Source: a virus (taxonomy: Duplodnaviria; Caudoviricetes). Taken from it: 61,355 nt of DNA. Location of the stretch: positions 1 to 61,355 of IMG/VR virus record IMGVR_UViG_3300025115_000011. One strand, 5' to 3'. Every line of letters starts with the position of its first letter. Positions within the stretch are counted from its first letter, which is position 1. Both the position numbers and the translations under genes were made by a program. Positions 30,128 to 39,718 of this stretch are shown piece after piece. The notes beneath the pieces are model-generated. The model made no database searches. It worked only from the letters and a program-made list of their open reading frames with translations, and was not told where the DNA came from.

Positions 30128-30429
30128 TTTTTGGTAAAGATGCTGCTGAACAAATGAAGGACAGGTTTACTGTGCTAGAATTAGATACAATGGACTACAA
30201 AGGTACACCGGTTACTGTGTATTGTGTAGTTGCTGCTGAAGATATGTCGTTAGGGGAAATACAGTTCCTTGAAGAGAATAAGCGTATGCACGCCTACCTT
30301 ATCGAACAAATTGCAGCAGGTAACTCAGAGAAAATGCTAGAAGCTATCACACATTTACGAGGAAAATTTGGTGGTGCAGTAGATAGCTATTACGACGAAG
30401 TTATTAAACGAATGGCATTACTGAGTTAG
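30118..30429 (+). CDS. Hypothetical protein
   Basis: 103-aa ORF. Confidence 0.7.
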   Translation: MQLIFGKDAAEQMKDRFTVLELDTMDYKGTPVTVYCVVAAEDMSLGEIQFLEENKRMHAYLIEQIAAGNSEKMLEAITHLRGKFGGAVDSYYDEVIKRMALLS

Positions 30430-31575
30430 TAATTTATAAATTGTTCTCCAGTTTAGGCTATCATGTGGAATGTCTAAATTGTCTAAACATGTTTTAAGAT
30501 TTTTGAGCATCTCGTCGACAATAATGTGCTTAAAGTCATAGTAAAACCAAGAATGATTAAAATGTACAATATCTTGTAAATCTAACATGATTTCTTGTTG
30601 GTGTTTTTTAGACATGTTACATATTTTTTCAACTTCGTCAACTATTAATCCTAACCGTTTTTCGTTATCTGATTCGGAATCATAGGTTTCGTTGATATAG
30701 TCTGAGAAAGTTTTAAACCCGTATGATTTTAAATAGTGTAAATTGTTGGCTGCTCCAGCTAAAATAAATGGGCGACCTGCAACAATCGGTTTAAAAATCT
30801 TTTCGGTTAAATGTAATTTTTCATAATAAAAAATTGTTTCGGGAACTATATTCCAGTCTGACTGGAATATAGAGTCAGAAATCGATGCACTTAACGTTCC
30901 TCTAGGTTCGACGTCGACTGTTAACGGAGTAGACATATTAGATAACACTTTTGATATTCTCTTCTTTTGATCCTCTGATAGTTTTGTTTTGTTGCGGTTT
31001 ATTTCGTCTTCCCATGTTACCCCGTTATTCATCAATGACATAGATACATGCCCGTGCGGGAGTAGTTTACGATCAATGAGATCAGACACTAATGCTAATC
31101 GATATGACCGATCAGCAGTAACTAAATGATTTAAGCATGAAAACGTTTTCCGATTTGCATACTGGAATGGTAGTGTGGGTTGGATATGTTGATACGACCT
31201 AAACCAGTCAAGCGATGCTATACCGTGAAAGAAGTAATACCAGTCCTGAAAATCGTAATACTTTACCAGGGAGTTTTTAAACGTCGAGTGTTCAGAGTTT
31301 GCGAATATTATATGTTTACTTAGATGAGAGGTTATATGCTTGGAAACAGAAGGTAAATCGTTATCAGGCAAAATAGGTTCTTGGTCGTAATACAATATTG
31401 ACGATGTGTACAACAAGTTGAAAACTTTTTTTAAAAGATGATGGTACCCATCATATGATTTGTATAAGTTTTCTTCTTTAGTTGTTCCAAATGGAGAAAA
31501 ATAACTATGTGGTATTCCTAATAAATCAGTAACATTTTTAGAAATAACACGGTATAATTCTTCGGTTTGTATCAT
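30418..31575 (-). CDS. Glycosyltransferase-like protein (paralog of 4906-5976)
   Basis: VPET...LTEKIFKPI...PFIL...YLKSYGFKTF...ETYD. Confidence 0.55.
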   Translation of the reverse strand: MIQTEELYRVISKNVTDLLGIPHSYFSPFGTTKEENLYKSYDGYHHLLKKVFNLLYTSSILYYDQEPILPDNDLPSVSKHITSHLSKHIIFANSEHSTFKNSLVKYYDFQDWYYFFHGIASLDWFRSYQHIQPTLPFQYANRKTFSCLNHLVTADRSYRLALVSDLIDRKLLPHGHVSMSLMNNGVTWEDEINRNKTKLSEDQKKRISKVLSNMSTPLTVDVEPRGTLSASISDSIFQSDWNIVPETIFYYEKLHLTEKIFKPIVAGRPFILAGAANNLHYLKSYGFKTFSDYINETYDSESDNEKRLGLIVDEVEKICNMSKKHQQEIMLDLQDIVHFNHSWFYYDFKHIIVDEMLKNLKTCLDNLDIPHDSLNWRTIYKLLTQ

Positions 31576-31640
31576 AGTATAAATTAATTAAAGGTAGTAG
31601 GTGTAGCAATAAATATTCACAAGTTAACAAAAAGGAAGAT

Positions 31641-32873
31641 ATGACATATCAGATTGGGTTTATTGGGTTGGGAAAATTGGGTTTAGCTTGTGCTCAAGTT
31701 ATAGCAGAGAAGTACGAAGTATTTGGTTATGATGTTGCACCACGCGACAGTAATTCAGTAATTGTTAAGCCAACTGTGCAAGAAGCAGTTACTGGTCGTG
31801 ACTTGATATTTATAGCAGTACAGACACCCCATGATCCTAAATTTGACGGTAGTGCGCCTATCTCTCATTTAGAGAAAAAGGACTTTGACTACGCAATAGT
31901 TAAAGATTGTTTGACTGAAGTAAACAAGTATGTAACTAAAGATCAGTTAGTCGTGTTGATATCAACCGTGCTTCCTGGAACAACACGGGATCAACTACGA
32001 GATTGCATAACAAATGCAAGATTTATTTACAATCCGTATTTGATTGCGATGGGGTCGGTGGAATGGGATATGGTCAATCCAGAGATGGTAATTATTGGTA
32101 CCGAGGATGGCAATGAGACTGGTGATGCTAAGATACTTATAGATTTCTATAAACCAATTATGCAGAACAACCCACGTTATGTAGTTGGAACATGGGATGA
32201 GGCAGAGTCCATTAAGATCTTTTACAATACCTTTATATCAGCTAAGGTTGGCATTGTGAATATGATTCAAGACGTAGCAATGCGTAATGGGAATATCAAT
32301 GTTGATGTTGTGACTAACGCATTAGCAAATAGTGATATTCGTATTATGAGTCCGAAGTACATGGTCGCTGGAATGGGAGATGCTGGACCATGTCATCCAA
32401 GGGATAATATTGCATTACGTTACCTTGCAGAGAAATTAGATTTAGGGTATGATTTGTTTGACACTATTATTAATGCTCGTGAAATACAAGCTAAGAACTT
32501 AGCTGATTTCCTAGTAGAAAAATCAGATTTTTACAATCTACCTATCTATATTCACGGCAAGGCGTATAAACCGAATGTTAATTTCTTAGATGGGTCGTAC
32601 AGCACTTTAATTGGCTATTACGTTGAGGAATCAGGAAAGAATGTAACATACCTAGATCCATTAACTGAAAAAACAGTTCCCGTTTCTGTTAAAGGTGTGG
32701 TGTTGTTGGCGCACAATGCACAAATTACATACGGATACACAGGTGAACAAAAAGTAGAAATATACTCTGATATTTTACCCGGTAGTGTAGTGGTTGACCC
32801 GTGGCGCAGAAGTACACAAAATCAATTCCCAGGAGTGACCCTTGTTCATTACGGAAATACACGAGGTAAGTAA
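31641..32873 (+). CDS. UDP-glucose/GDP-mannose 6-dehydrogenase family
   Basis: GLGKLG Rossmann, STVLPG, YNP, K...N, GPCHPRD catalytic Cys. Confidence 0.9.
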   Translation: MTYQIGFIGLGKLGLACAQVIAEKYEVFGYDVAPRDSNSVIVKPTVQEAVTGRDLIFIAVQTPHDPKFDGSAPISHLEKKDFDYAIVKDCLTEVNKYVTKDQLVVLISTVLPGTTRDQLRDCITNARFIYNPYLIAMGSVEWDMVNPEMVIIGTEDGNETGDAKILIDFYKPIMQNNPRYVVGTWDEAESIKIFYNTFISAKVGIVNMIQDVAMRNGNINVDVVTNALANSDIRIMSPKYMVAGMGDAGPCHPRDNIALRYLAEKLDLGYDLFDTIINAREIQAKNLADFLVEKSDFYNLPIYIHGKAYKPNVNFLDGSYSTLIGYYVEESGKNVTYLDPLTEKTVPVSVKGVVLLAHNAQITYGYTGEQKVEIYSDILPGSVVVDPWRRSTQNQFPGVTLVHYGNTRGK

Positions 32874-33784
32874 TGTTATCTAGCAATAATGAATGGGGAA
32901 AGTTGAAAGAGATTGTAGTAGGGTCAGCCTCGTATGCAAATTGGCCCCGCTATGATAAAGTTTTTAAGAAAGAATCCGAAAAAACAAGCTGGAAAGAAAC
33001 TCCTGTTCCTTCTGGGCCGGTTCCACAGTACATAATAGACGAAGCTAACGAAGACCTCGAGATTTTAAGTAATACACTAAAGGAGTTGGATGTTATAGTT
33101 CATCGTCCGTGGCATCAAAATTATCAGAATCTGGACGGAATGTATAATTATTGTCCTCGAGATCGATTGCTAGTCGCCGGTGAAGATATTGTTGATGTTA
33201 GCATGATGTACCCGTGCCGTAATATGGAAATTACTTCTTTGTGCGACGTTGTAGATCGTGCGAAAAAAGTACACGAAATGCCTAAGTATGATGATATGGT
33301 ATTAGATGCTGCTAATATTTGCAGGTTAGGCGATACTTGGCTTTATCTGTTAAGCGATAGTGGAAATGCTAAAGCATTGTATTGGTTGCGGGATCAATTT
33401 CCACACATTAATATTGAGTCTTGTAATTTTTATTCTGGTGTACATATCGATAGCACTATTACTCCGTTAAGAGAAGGGTTAGTATTGCTCAATGGTAGTA
33501 GGGTCAATGAAGGTAATTGCCCAATGACTTTTAGAGATTGGGAAAAAATTTATATCAATGACGTTGTTGCACAGGATTTTTATCAGTATCCGTATGCAAG
33601 TAAGTGGATCGCCCTAAATATGTTAAGTGTCGATGAAGAAACAGTTATTATCGACAAAAAGCAAACTGACATTATTCGAATGTTAGAGAAAAGAGGGTTC
33701 CGGTGTATCCCTCTTGAACTACGACACTCAAGAACGCTAGGCGGTGGATTTCATTGTGTAACACTGGACTTAGTAAGAGAATAA
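32873..33784 (+). CDS. Amidinotransferase (glycine/inosamine-phosphate amidinotransferase family)
   Basis: NEWGKLKEIVVG, CPRD, DAAN, HIDST, SRTLGGGFHCVTLD. Confidence 0.88.
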   Translation: MLSSNNEWGKLKEIVVGSASYANWPRYDKVFKKESEKTSWKETPVPSGPVPQYIIDEANEDLEILSNTLKELDVIVHRPWHQNYQNLDGMYNYCPRDRLLVAGEDIVDVSMMYPCRNMEITSLCDVVDRAKKVHEMPKYDDMVLDAANICRLGDTWLYLLSDSGNAKALYWLRDQFPHINIESCNFYSGVHIDSTITPLREGLVLLNGSRVNEGNCPMTFRDWEKIYINDVVAQDFYQYPYASKWIALNMLSVDEETVIIDKKQTDIIRMLEKRGFRCIPLELRHSRTLGGGFHCVTLDLVRE

Positions 33785-33804
33785 ATACTTAAACAGAGTA
33801 TATT

Positions 33805-34923
33805 ATGGACCAAAAACTTCAATCGCTGTCGGACTCTTTTTCTAAGAGTTTATCCAACACTTTTCTAACAATGTTAGAAGAAAAAATTACCGAGGAGGTA
33901 ATCTTTGCTATTTCTCAAGAATTGCAAAAGATAGACTTATTACAAACAATAAAATATCATATCTCTGAAAAAGTTCAACCGTTACTTAAAGATGCAATAT
34001 TACAGTCAATACAAAATCAAATTAAAGGTACACCAAATTTTGGTCACGGAACAATTAGTGGTGCTGCAATTGATTTAACAACATTTTTTATTAGCGGAGA
34101 TAATGTTAAAGGTGGGGTTCATAAGAATTTCCAAAGCGTTGGTATTCAAGATAGTGCAAAATCTTGCCAGTTGACTATTTTAGATAATGGAGTAGTAGTA
34201 GAAAACAAAATTATAGCAACAGAGTTAGAGATTAAAGGGCCTGTAACAATCGATGGTGACATTATTATTAAAGGACAAACAACTGCTGACACTCCATTCT
34301 TTAAGCAAATTACTGAATATGCAATCAGCGCAGTTACTAAAACTATAACTCCTGAGTTCTTTAATGCATACCGCAACGAGATGTTCGACAAGATTGAGCA
34401 AGAAGGTCTGCATGTTAAAGAGCTTACTGTTAACGGTAAAGAGATTGTTTCTGGCAACCGGTTAGGAATGTTTGTTACTGAGTCGAACTTACAAACAGTC
34501 GGCGAATTAAGACAACTGCAAGTCAAAGGCGAGACCTTACTATATAATACTGTGTACGTGGGCAACAAACGAGTCGGGATTAACACGTTAGAACCGAGTT
34601 CCGCTTTAACAATATGGGACGAAGAAGTAGAAATTTCCATTGGTAAAAGACGTCAAGATGTTGCTATTATTTCAGCCCCAAGGAAACAGTCGTTAGTGTT
34701 AAGTAGCGGTAATAAAGATAACATAGTTTTAGATTCTGACGGCGGCACCCTTATTAAAAAATTAACTGTTGGTAAAGTTGAGATAAGCAGTTCGGCTACC
34801 ATGCCAACAGAAAAGGCTAAAAAAGGTACATTAGTGTTTAATGAATCACCAGAAATCGGACAGTCTGTTGGATGGATTTCACTCGACGGTAACAGATGGG
34901 CGGAATTCGGGAAAATTGGTTAA
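33805..34923 (+). CDS. Hypothetical late protein with fibre-like motifs
   Basis: RVGINTLEPSSAL; TAAATA upstream. Confidence 0.65.
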   Translation: MDQKLQSLSDSFSKSLSNTFLTMLEEKITEEVIFAISQELQKIDLLQTIKYHISEKVQPLLKDAILQSIQNQIKGTPNFGHGTISGAAIDLTTFFISGDNVKGGVHKNFQSVGIQDSAKSCQLTILDNGVVVENKIIATELEIKGPVTIDGDIIIKGQTTADTPFFKQITEYAISAVTKTITPEFFNAYRNEMFDKIEQEGLHVKELTVNGKEIVSGNRLGMFVTESNLQTVGELRQLQVKGETLLYNTVYVGNKRVGINTLEPSSALTIWDEEVEISIGKRRQDVAIISAPRKQSLVLSSGNKDNIVLDSDGGTLIKKLTVGKVEISSSATMPTEKAKKGTLVFNESPEIGQSVGWISLDGNRWAEFGKIG

Positions 34924-34930
34924 GAAGAAG

Positions 34931-34959
34931 TTGAAAATGTTGCGGTGCACAAGTATAAT
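34931..34959 (+). promoter_or_regulatory. sigma70 promoter with PhaR-like box in the spacer
   Basis: TTGAAA-17-TATAAT; spacer contains TGCGGTGCACAA (34941-34952). Confidence 0.6.
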
Positions 34960-34971
34960 GATAAATAGAAA

Positions 34972-35026
34972 GTAAGGTGCTGCATAGGGCGGGCCTTACA
35001 GAAATGTTCGCTTACTTTTAAGGAGA
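34972..35026 (+). ncRNA. Second copy of the structured leader with ROSE-like hairpin
   Basis: GTAAGGT/GCCTTAC stem around the identical GCTGCATAGGGCGG; UUC-G-CUUA/UAAG-GAG. Confidence 0.6.
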
Positions 35027-35031
35027 CTATT

Positions 35032-35244
35032 ATGAACACAAATTTTAAATTCCCAACCGCAGTAGAAGTCGTTGAGCAGGCTCGTAAGACTGCAACCACA
35101 ATCAGCACAATGATTCCTCAAGTTGAAATTAAAGATGCATACTCAATTATGACCAATGCACAATTAAATATTGCAACCACTTTTGCTGAAAAGTTTGATG
35201 AGTCAGTTAGCCAGTTCAAAAAGCAGTGGAAAATTACCGCTTAA
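35032..35244 (+). CDS. Small amphipathic helical protein, putative phasin-like
   Basis: 70 aa, all-helical pattern; the upstream PhaR-like box supports the call but sequence evidence is weak. Confidence 0.45.
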   Translation: MNTNFKFPTAVEVVEQARKTATTISTMIPQVEIKDAYSIMTNAQLNIATTFAEKFDESVSQFKKQWKITA

Positions 35245-35251
35245 ATTTCGG

Positions 35252-35280
35252 TTGACATAAAACCCAAAATACGCTAATAT
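35252..35280 (+). promoter_or_regulatory. sigma70 promoter
   Basis: TTGACA-17-TAATAT. Confidence 0.6.
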
Positions 35281-35289
35281 ACTAGCACT

Positions 35290-35616
35290 ATGAAAAAGGT
35301 GCTTATATTAGCGTTTTTTATTGGCTATGCTCATGCGGCGCAACCGCTAAAGCAAGGTGTTTTTACTTGCGACATAGCAAAAAACTATAATCAGACTCAG
35401 CTGCTGGTTAAACAGCATCCCACCAAACCGCACAAAGTGGTGATAAACTGGGAAGGTCGTGATCGCATCTTGCACAACGAATTTACAACGTCCGGCGCAC
35501 TTCGGTATGAAGGTGCAGTGTCGAAACTCGTTTACATTCAAACACCTAAATATAGTTTTGTTCTAGATAACACTAGTATGAAACCAATCTTGACAAGATG
35601 TGTTAAGAATCAATGA
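35290..35616 (+). CDS. Exported hypothetical protein
   Basis: Signal peptide MKKVLILAFFIGYAHA. Confidence 0.7.
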   Translation: MKKVLILAFFIGYAHAAQPLKQGVFTCDIAKNYNQTQLLVKQHPTKPHKVVINWEGRDRILHNEFTTSGALRYEGAVSKLVYIQTPKYSFVLDNTSMKPILTRCVKNQ

Positions 35617-35658
35617 CTTACAATTTTGGTTGACATTTAATCCAACTTCAGGTATAAT
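35608..35658 (+). promoter_or_regulatory. Early sigma70 promoter with IHF-consensus site
   Basis: AATCAATGACTTA 35608-20; TTGACA 35630 - 17 nt - TATAAT. Confidence 0.8.
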
Positions 35659-35690
35659 CTGTTCATAGTTAAACAACCAGGAGCAAACAA

Positions 35691-36101
35691 ATGGCGTATA
35701 TGGATCAAACCAAAAAAGCTAAACTGGCCCCGAGCATTAAGGCTGTTCTCAAGAAGTACAAGATGAAAGGCTCTGTTGCGGTCAGCAACCACAGCACGTT
35801 GGTAGTCAATATCAAGTCCGGCGTCCTGGACATTATTGGCAACTATAACGCAACCGTTGCTCAACGCGACCCGACGGGCAATAAGCATATCAACAAGGCT
35901 ACAACCAGCCTGGATGTGAACCAGTATTGGATTAAAGACCATTACACTGGCAAGGTTCAGAAGTTCCTCACTGAACTGTACGATGCAATGTCGGTTGGTA
36001 ACTTTGATGATTCGGACTTGATGACTGATTACCACTCAGTTGGTTGGTATACTGACATTAATGTTGGGAAATGGAATCGCCCGTATGTTCTTGAGGCTTG
36101 A
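35691..36101 (+). CDS. Early hypothetical protein
   Basis: DDSDLMTDYHSVGWYTDINVGKWNRPY motif; SD. Confidence 0.75.
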   Translation: MAYMDQTKKAKLAPSIKAVLKKYKMKGSVAVSNHSTLVVNIKSGVLDIIGNYNATVAQRDPTGNKHINKATTSLDVNQYWIKDHYTGKVQKFLTELYDAMSVGNFDDSDLMTDYHSVGWYTDINVGKWNRPYVLEA

Positions 36102-36726
36102 ACTTACACTTATCTAAATGCCAACGGTTCGCCATACCAACATCAAAATACCGTTGACAATAAGGACAAAACACTTTAGGGCGGGACTTATTATGTTCCG
36201 CTTTTCTTTTTCTAAATTCTTCGCTATGAGTTTTTCCGAAGAACGGATTGTTAGCGCCAGCGGTTAACCCTTTCCTGTTTTTACGCATCAGAGCTATTGA
36301 CTCTTCGGTATGGTTTTTCCCAAACATATTGTTCTTTTCGCCTTGCGCTCTCGCGCTCATCTTTTGGCGCCATTCTACATTAAAAGGAGCACGTTTCTGT
36401 CCAGTGTATGATTCTGATAGCTGGTGCCGCAGCATCTCATAAATGCGCCCTGTAACTTTAACCTCTTTATTTTTACTTGGGCGAGATTGCTGCCAAGCAG
36501 CATACACCATCTTATGTTTAACAGCATCATCGACTATCTTAATGAGTAAGAGGTGACAGATAAAATGCTCACGGGCAGTCAATGATACTATGTTATCCGC
36601 GTTGTTACTGCCGCCTAACGATTTTGGTATAATGTGGTGACGTTCGGTATAGCCGAAAATAGTTCTTGACTTTGCACGTTCGATGATGTTATAGTACCAA
36701 TTATGATATTTGTTTTGTTTGAACAT
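36058..36726 (-). mobile_element. HNH homing endonuclease with NUMOD3 repeats and C-terminal CxxC
   Basis: ERHHIIPKSLGG...LTAREHFICH; FGKNHTEE, FGKTHSEE; CPYC. Confidence 0.88.
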
Positions 36727-36764
36727 ATTTCTATTTATCCCACTTTGATGTAGGATGGTACAAA

Positions 36765-36926
36765 ATGAAAACAGTGATTTTGGTAGCAGTGGTTGCAGCC
36801 CTTAGCGGCTGTGCCACTGCGGTAGTTGATGTTGCAGCAAGCACTACAATCTACGCAACGAAAGCAGTGGTCACAACGACATACGACGTAGCAACATATC
36901 CGTTCCGAGATAAAGAAGAAAAATAA
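36765..36926 (+). CDS. Small lipoprotein (53 aa, below the ORF-track cutoff)
   Basis: MKTVILVAVVAALSG-C lipobox. Confidence 0.65.
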   Translation: MKTVILVAVVAALSGCATAVVDVAASTTIYATKAVVTTTYDVATYPFRDKEEK

Positions 36927-36939
36927 TCACTAATTTTGG

Positions 36940-36968
36940 TTGACTTGCAACCTTTTTGGTTGTATAAT
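36940..36968 (+). promoter_or_regulatory. Early sigma70 promoter
   Basis: TTGACT-17-TATAAT. Confidence 0.8.
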
Positions 36969-37000
36969 CTGCACATCATAAACAAGTAAGGCGACTTAAA

Positions 37001-39439
37001 ATGTCACGCAAAACTAAGTTCGTAAAAACCGCTATTAGCATGTCAGTTGCTGCAATGTTCTTGACAGGCTGTGTTGCAACTACCGGTCCAACTATACCAG
37101 CGACCGTGCAAGCTTCGCAGGCGCTTCGCGATGTTCCGTTCCATCGTCCGGTACGCGGCCCAGCATTTAACGCTACAGTAGACCAAATCCAAGCAGTACC
37201 GCAAAACACTACAGTTGGGTCAACGTGGCCGGTCGCAAAAGACCTAAACGGTGACGGCCTCGACGAAGTTATTGTTACTGGCAGACTTTGGCCAACGACC
37301 AAAGATTCTCTCGGGCGGTGGGGCGAATACTACCTTAACGTGTTCGGTTGGGAAAACGGCGTGCTCGTTAACAAAAACGCCGAATGGTTCCCTTTGGGTG
37401 ACAATAATGTCTACGGTAGCGAACAAGGTCCATACTTCGGCGACTTTACCGGTAACGGCAAGATTAGCGTCTTTATGCCTCCCTACTCAGATTACTCAGA
37501 TACTAACAACTCGACCAACTCAAAAGGTCAGATGTTCATTAGCAACGGAACCAGTTTTACTAAAGTTGAGATTCCGATCAACGCAGAAGTAGCAGGCGGT
37601 TTCGTCCGTGATATGAACAACGACGGCCTTGACGACATGTTTATGCAAACAAACATGAAGAGCATGATTATGTTTGGTAATGCTGCGTCTAATTTCCAAG
37701 TGTATTCGAGCAATGCAAATACAGCAGGCACATCAGCGATCGGCGCCGACTTTATGGGCAACGGCCAAACGTCGGTAATTATCACAGAAGTTGGCCATGC
37801 AAATACCCAAAGTATCTCTCGCCCAAATGCACTGTTTAGCTGGTCGGTCGACGGAAGCAACAATCTGGTAATGACTAAGATTACAGACCTTCCGACTCGC
37901 AGGTTTATGCTGCCGAAGTGGGCAAGTTATAACTTTACTGGCCCGCATGATGTTGCATCGCTTGCATATAACTTTGACAATGCAGGGCTAACCGACGCAA
38001 TTATTTTTAGCCGTCCAGAATTTACTAACAACGAGTGGCCGAAGCACAGTGAAATCCAGTTTTTGCGTAACGATGGCGGCGGCGTGTTTGTTGACGTAAC
38101 CGACACGACGTTGTTTAACTACAATACCTCTACGCTAACAACTATGCACCCAGTATTGGTTGACGTGAACAACGACGGACTGATGGACATTGTTGCGCCG
38201 ACTAGCGAAGGTACGCAGGTGCTGATTCACACTGCTGAACACAAGTACATGGCAAGCTACGCAGAAATTATCAAAGCTTTTCAGCAGCAAGTAGATATCA
38301 TCGAAAAAAAGATCCACAATCAGTTTGGTGGTTCAGACAATCAAGTTGCGTTCGTTCGCGGTCCAGATGACCAACTGTATATTGTTACAACTACACGAGG
38401 TGTTGAAAACGGAGACTTGCGTAAGACCTTGTACGTGTCGAAGCTTGGGGATACGGGTGTAGTAACTGCACAAGCCACCGTGGATGCACTCAAGCAGGCT
38501 TGGCCGTGGATGTCTCCTGCACAAGTCAACGAAACACTTGCGAAGTCGTCGATTGCTTGGCTTAACATGAGCAGCATCCAGATGCTTGACGTTGATAAGT
38601 TGTTTAAGCCGATTGGCGAGATGAAGATTATCACAATTGATGGCTCAGCCCAAACACTCACTGGTTCGATTAGCGGTGTTAATGTAGCTGGTGCAGTTAA
38701 GGACATGAAAGTGTTTGACCAAGTTGGTCGAGACTGGACGATGGACTTTGGCAGCACTAACCAAACGTCAACAAACTTCTGGGCATCACGGTTGTCTGAT
38801 GCGCCCACCGACGACACTCGCAGCATTGGCGATCTTAAGAACATTCGTAGCGCATACCTTGGTACTGATTACGGTGTGCTAAAGATTGCGTCCGACGACA
38901 AGCAAGAGGTTACCGGTTACGGGTTGACTAACATCAAGCTTAGTGACAGCGTCCGAGCTAACGTGCAGTTCTCTAACATGCCATACAGTCCGTTTATCAA
39001 CATGTCAGGTAGCTGGGGCGAAGTTAAGAAGTCGCAGATGTTTGAGGTGTCAGTAAGTGCCAAGCACGATGTATTTGAAGCTAAGGCAGGGTGGATTAAC
39101 TCAACTACTGAGATCCGCAAGGGTTTGGTTACTAACGTGTCACCGATCCAAAGTGTTTGGGCAGAAGCTGGTTACTCCGATAAGACTACTAAGGTGTTTG
39201 CAGGTGTGTTTCCTAAGGTGATTAGCGGTAAGGTGGACTTGTCGATCCCGACTTCGGTTGACGTCAACGGCAAGGCACAATACACTAATACAACTGCGTC
39301 TGTATCTAACCCGACTGTTGGTTATGTTCGTATGCAGCACACCGAAACTCTTGCAAAGCATAAGAAGCTGTCGTTTAATGCAATTGCAACTACGAACAAG
39401 GATTTTGCAGTTGGTGTAAAGTTTGAGATGCGGTTCTAA
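37001..39439 (+). CDS. Large lipoprotein with FG-GAP/VCBS-type Ca-binding repeats and a beta-strand-rich C-terminus
   Basis: Lipobox LTG-C; DLNGDGLDE, DFTGNG, DMNNDGLDD, DVNNDGLMD; ends VGVKFEMRF. Confidence 0.8.
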   Translation: MSRKTKFVKTAISMSVAAMFLTGCVATTGPTIPATVQASQALRDVPFHRPVRGPAFNATVDQIQAVPQNTTVGSTWPVAKDLNGDGLDEVIVTGRLWPTTKDSLGRWGEYYLNVFGWENGVLVNKNAEWFPLGDNNVYGSEQGPYFGDFTGNGKISVFMPPYSDYSDTNNSTNSKGQMFISNGTSFTKVEIPINAEVAGGFVRDMNNDGLDDMFMQTNMKSMIMFGNAASNFQVYSSNANTAGTSAIGADFMGNGQTSVIITEVGHANTQSISRPNALFSWSVDGSNNLVMTKITDLPTRRFMLPKWASYNFTGPHDVASLAYNFDNAGLTDAIIFSRPEFTNNEWPKHSEIQFLRNDGGGVFVDVTDTTLFNYNTSTLTTMHPVLVDVNNDGLMDIVAPTSEGTQVLIHTAEHKYMASYAEIIKAFQQQVDIIEKKIHNQFGGSDNQVAFVRGPDDQLYIVTTTRGVENGDLRKTLYVSKLGDTGVVTAQATVDALKQAWPWMSPAQVNETLAKSSIAWLNMSSIQMLDVDKLFKPIGEMKIITIDGSAQTLTGSISGVNVAGAVKDMKVFDQVGRDWTMDFGSTNQTSTNFWASRLSDAPTDDTRSIGDLKNIRSAYLGTDYGVLKIASDDKQEVTGYGLTNIKLSDSVRANVQFSNMPYSPFINMSGSWGEVKKSQMFEVSVSAKHDVFEAKAGWINSTTEIRKGLVTNVSPIQSVWAEAGYSDKTTKVFAGVFPKVISGKVDLSIPTSVDVNGKAQYTNTTASVSNPTVGYVRMQHTETLAKHKKLSFNAIATTNKDFAVGVKFEMRF

Positions 39440-39454
39440 ACAAAAGGAAATTGT

Positions 39455-39718
39455 ATGACAAGTAGAGCAAATGTAATGGAACTGGTTAAAGAAGTTTTAG
39501 AGGAGGCGGATCCAGTTCCATTCGAGAGGGTTAATCTAAACACAGACGATGCAGTCGAGTTTATTGGAAATTCGATTTGGGAAAAGTACAGCACAGAATG
39601 GTGTGTAGTTGACAAGAATAGTACCGAAGAAATTATGCTGGCAATTCTTATCAAAACACTCGCAGAAAACTTTTACCTACACACCAAGCTCATCATGCTA
39701 GGTGAAGCCGACCAATGA
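39455..39718 (+). CDS. Hypothetical protein
   Basis: ORF with SD. Confidence 0.65.
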   Translation: MTSRANVMELVKEVLEEADPVPFERVNLNTDDAVEFIGNSIWEKYSTEWCVVDKNSTEEIMLAILIKTLAENFYLHTKLIMLGEADQ

